A stretch of 64,000 nt of DNA from Macrostomum lignano (taxonomy: Eukaryota): NCBI GenBank assembly GCA_002269645.1, contig NIVC01000422.1, forward strand, positions 62,001 through 126,000, given 5' to 3'. Both the position numbers and the translations under genes were made by a program. Under the pieces are notes generated by a model, which saw nothing but the letters and a program-made list of their open reading frames with translations, was not told where the DNA came from and did not search any database. This document shows positions 63,476 through 64,000 of the stretch, one piece after another; within the stretch, counting starts at the first letter, position 1, and each line of letters opens with the position of its first letter.

Positions 63476-64000
63476 CTAAAGATCTGGGTCTTGTGTACAC
63501 GCAAGTAAATCCGTGTCAAAGTCAACCTCGGCTTCCAATGCTGTCTCTGAATTATCTGCATGCTTTCGAACTGAGCCAATATTCACTCTTGAACTTAGAA
63601 CTGGCTCAGCTTGACGATGAAATGCTTTTCTCATCATCATCATTTCAATGTAGAAAGTAAGTCAGATTACAGCTGCAAGAAAAATATATAGCACTTAAAT
63701 ATTAAAAAGAATGCTTGACTATGCTACTAACCATTTTATTGTCTTGCAATATTTAAAACATTATTTAAAGCCAAAGGTAACATTTAATAGAGAAAACCTT
63801 AACAATGTTTTGTTTGTTTACTGAAATAAAAAACATGTTCCCTAACATCAAGCTATTATTATGCATGTATTTCATTAATGAAAAATACATTTCCGTAGTA
63901 AAGGCATATTTAAAAACAAAAAGTCAGTACCAAGTCTATATTACAGTTGATTTAAACAATATAAGGCTATTATGACAATAATGTAGCATATGCTATATAC

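Overview
Eukaryotic, intron-rich animal genomic DNA with GT-AG introns. The density of minisatellites, SINEs and LINEs fits a repeat-rich invertebrate such as a macrostomid flatworm; this species assignment is inference. Host genes reconstructed exon by exon, on the minus strand: FBXO7-like (5' part), TMEM9-like, FAD synthase (FLAD1), synaptophysin-family, an uncharacterised low-complexity gene and an ARM-TIR-SAM protein. On the plus strand is beta-mannosidase (MANBA), which carries a nested antisense GPI-anchored two-domain Ly6/uPAR-like gene in intron 2. Mobile DNA comprises two RNase H-containing LINEs (LOA/I-group-like; one nearly intact, one 5'-truncated and endonuclease-deleted with a 13-bp TSD), a decayed EnSpm/CACTA-type transposase, several MITEs and tRNA-derived SINEs. 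Almost every intron holds its own minisatellite. Three features are most unusual. (1) At 36.6-37.6 kb, two different LINE 3' ends are stacked at the same 21-nt duplicated site just upstream of another LINE ORF1. (2) One of those inserts carries two tandem copies of an unrecognised ~155-nt structured RNA motif with covariation. (3) A sequence-identical 272-bp x 9.4 array sits in a FLAD1 intron, embedded in GATA repeats.
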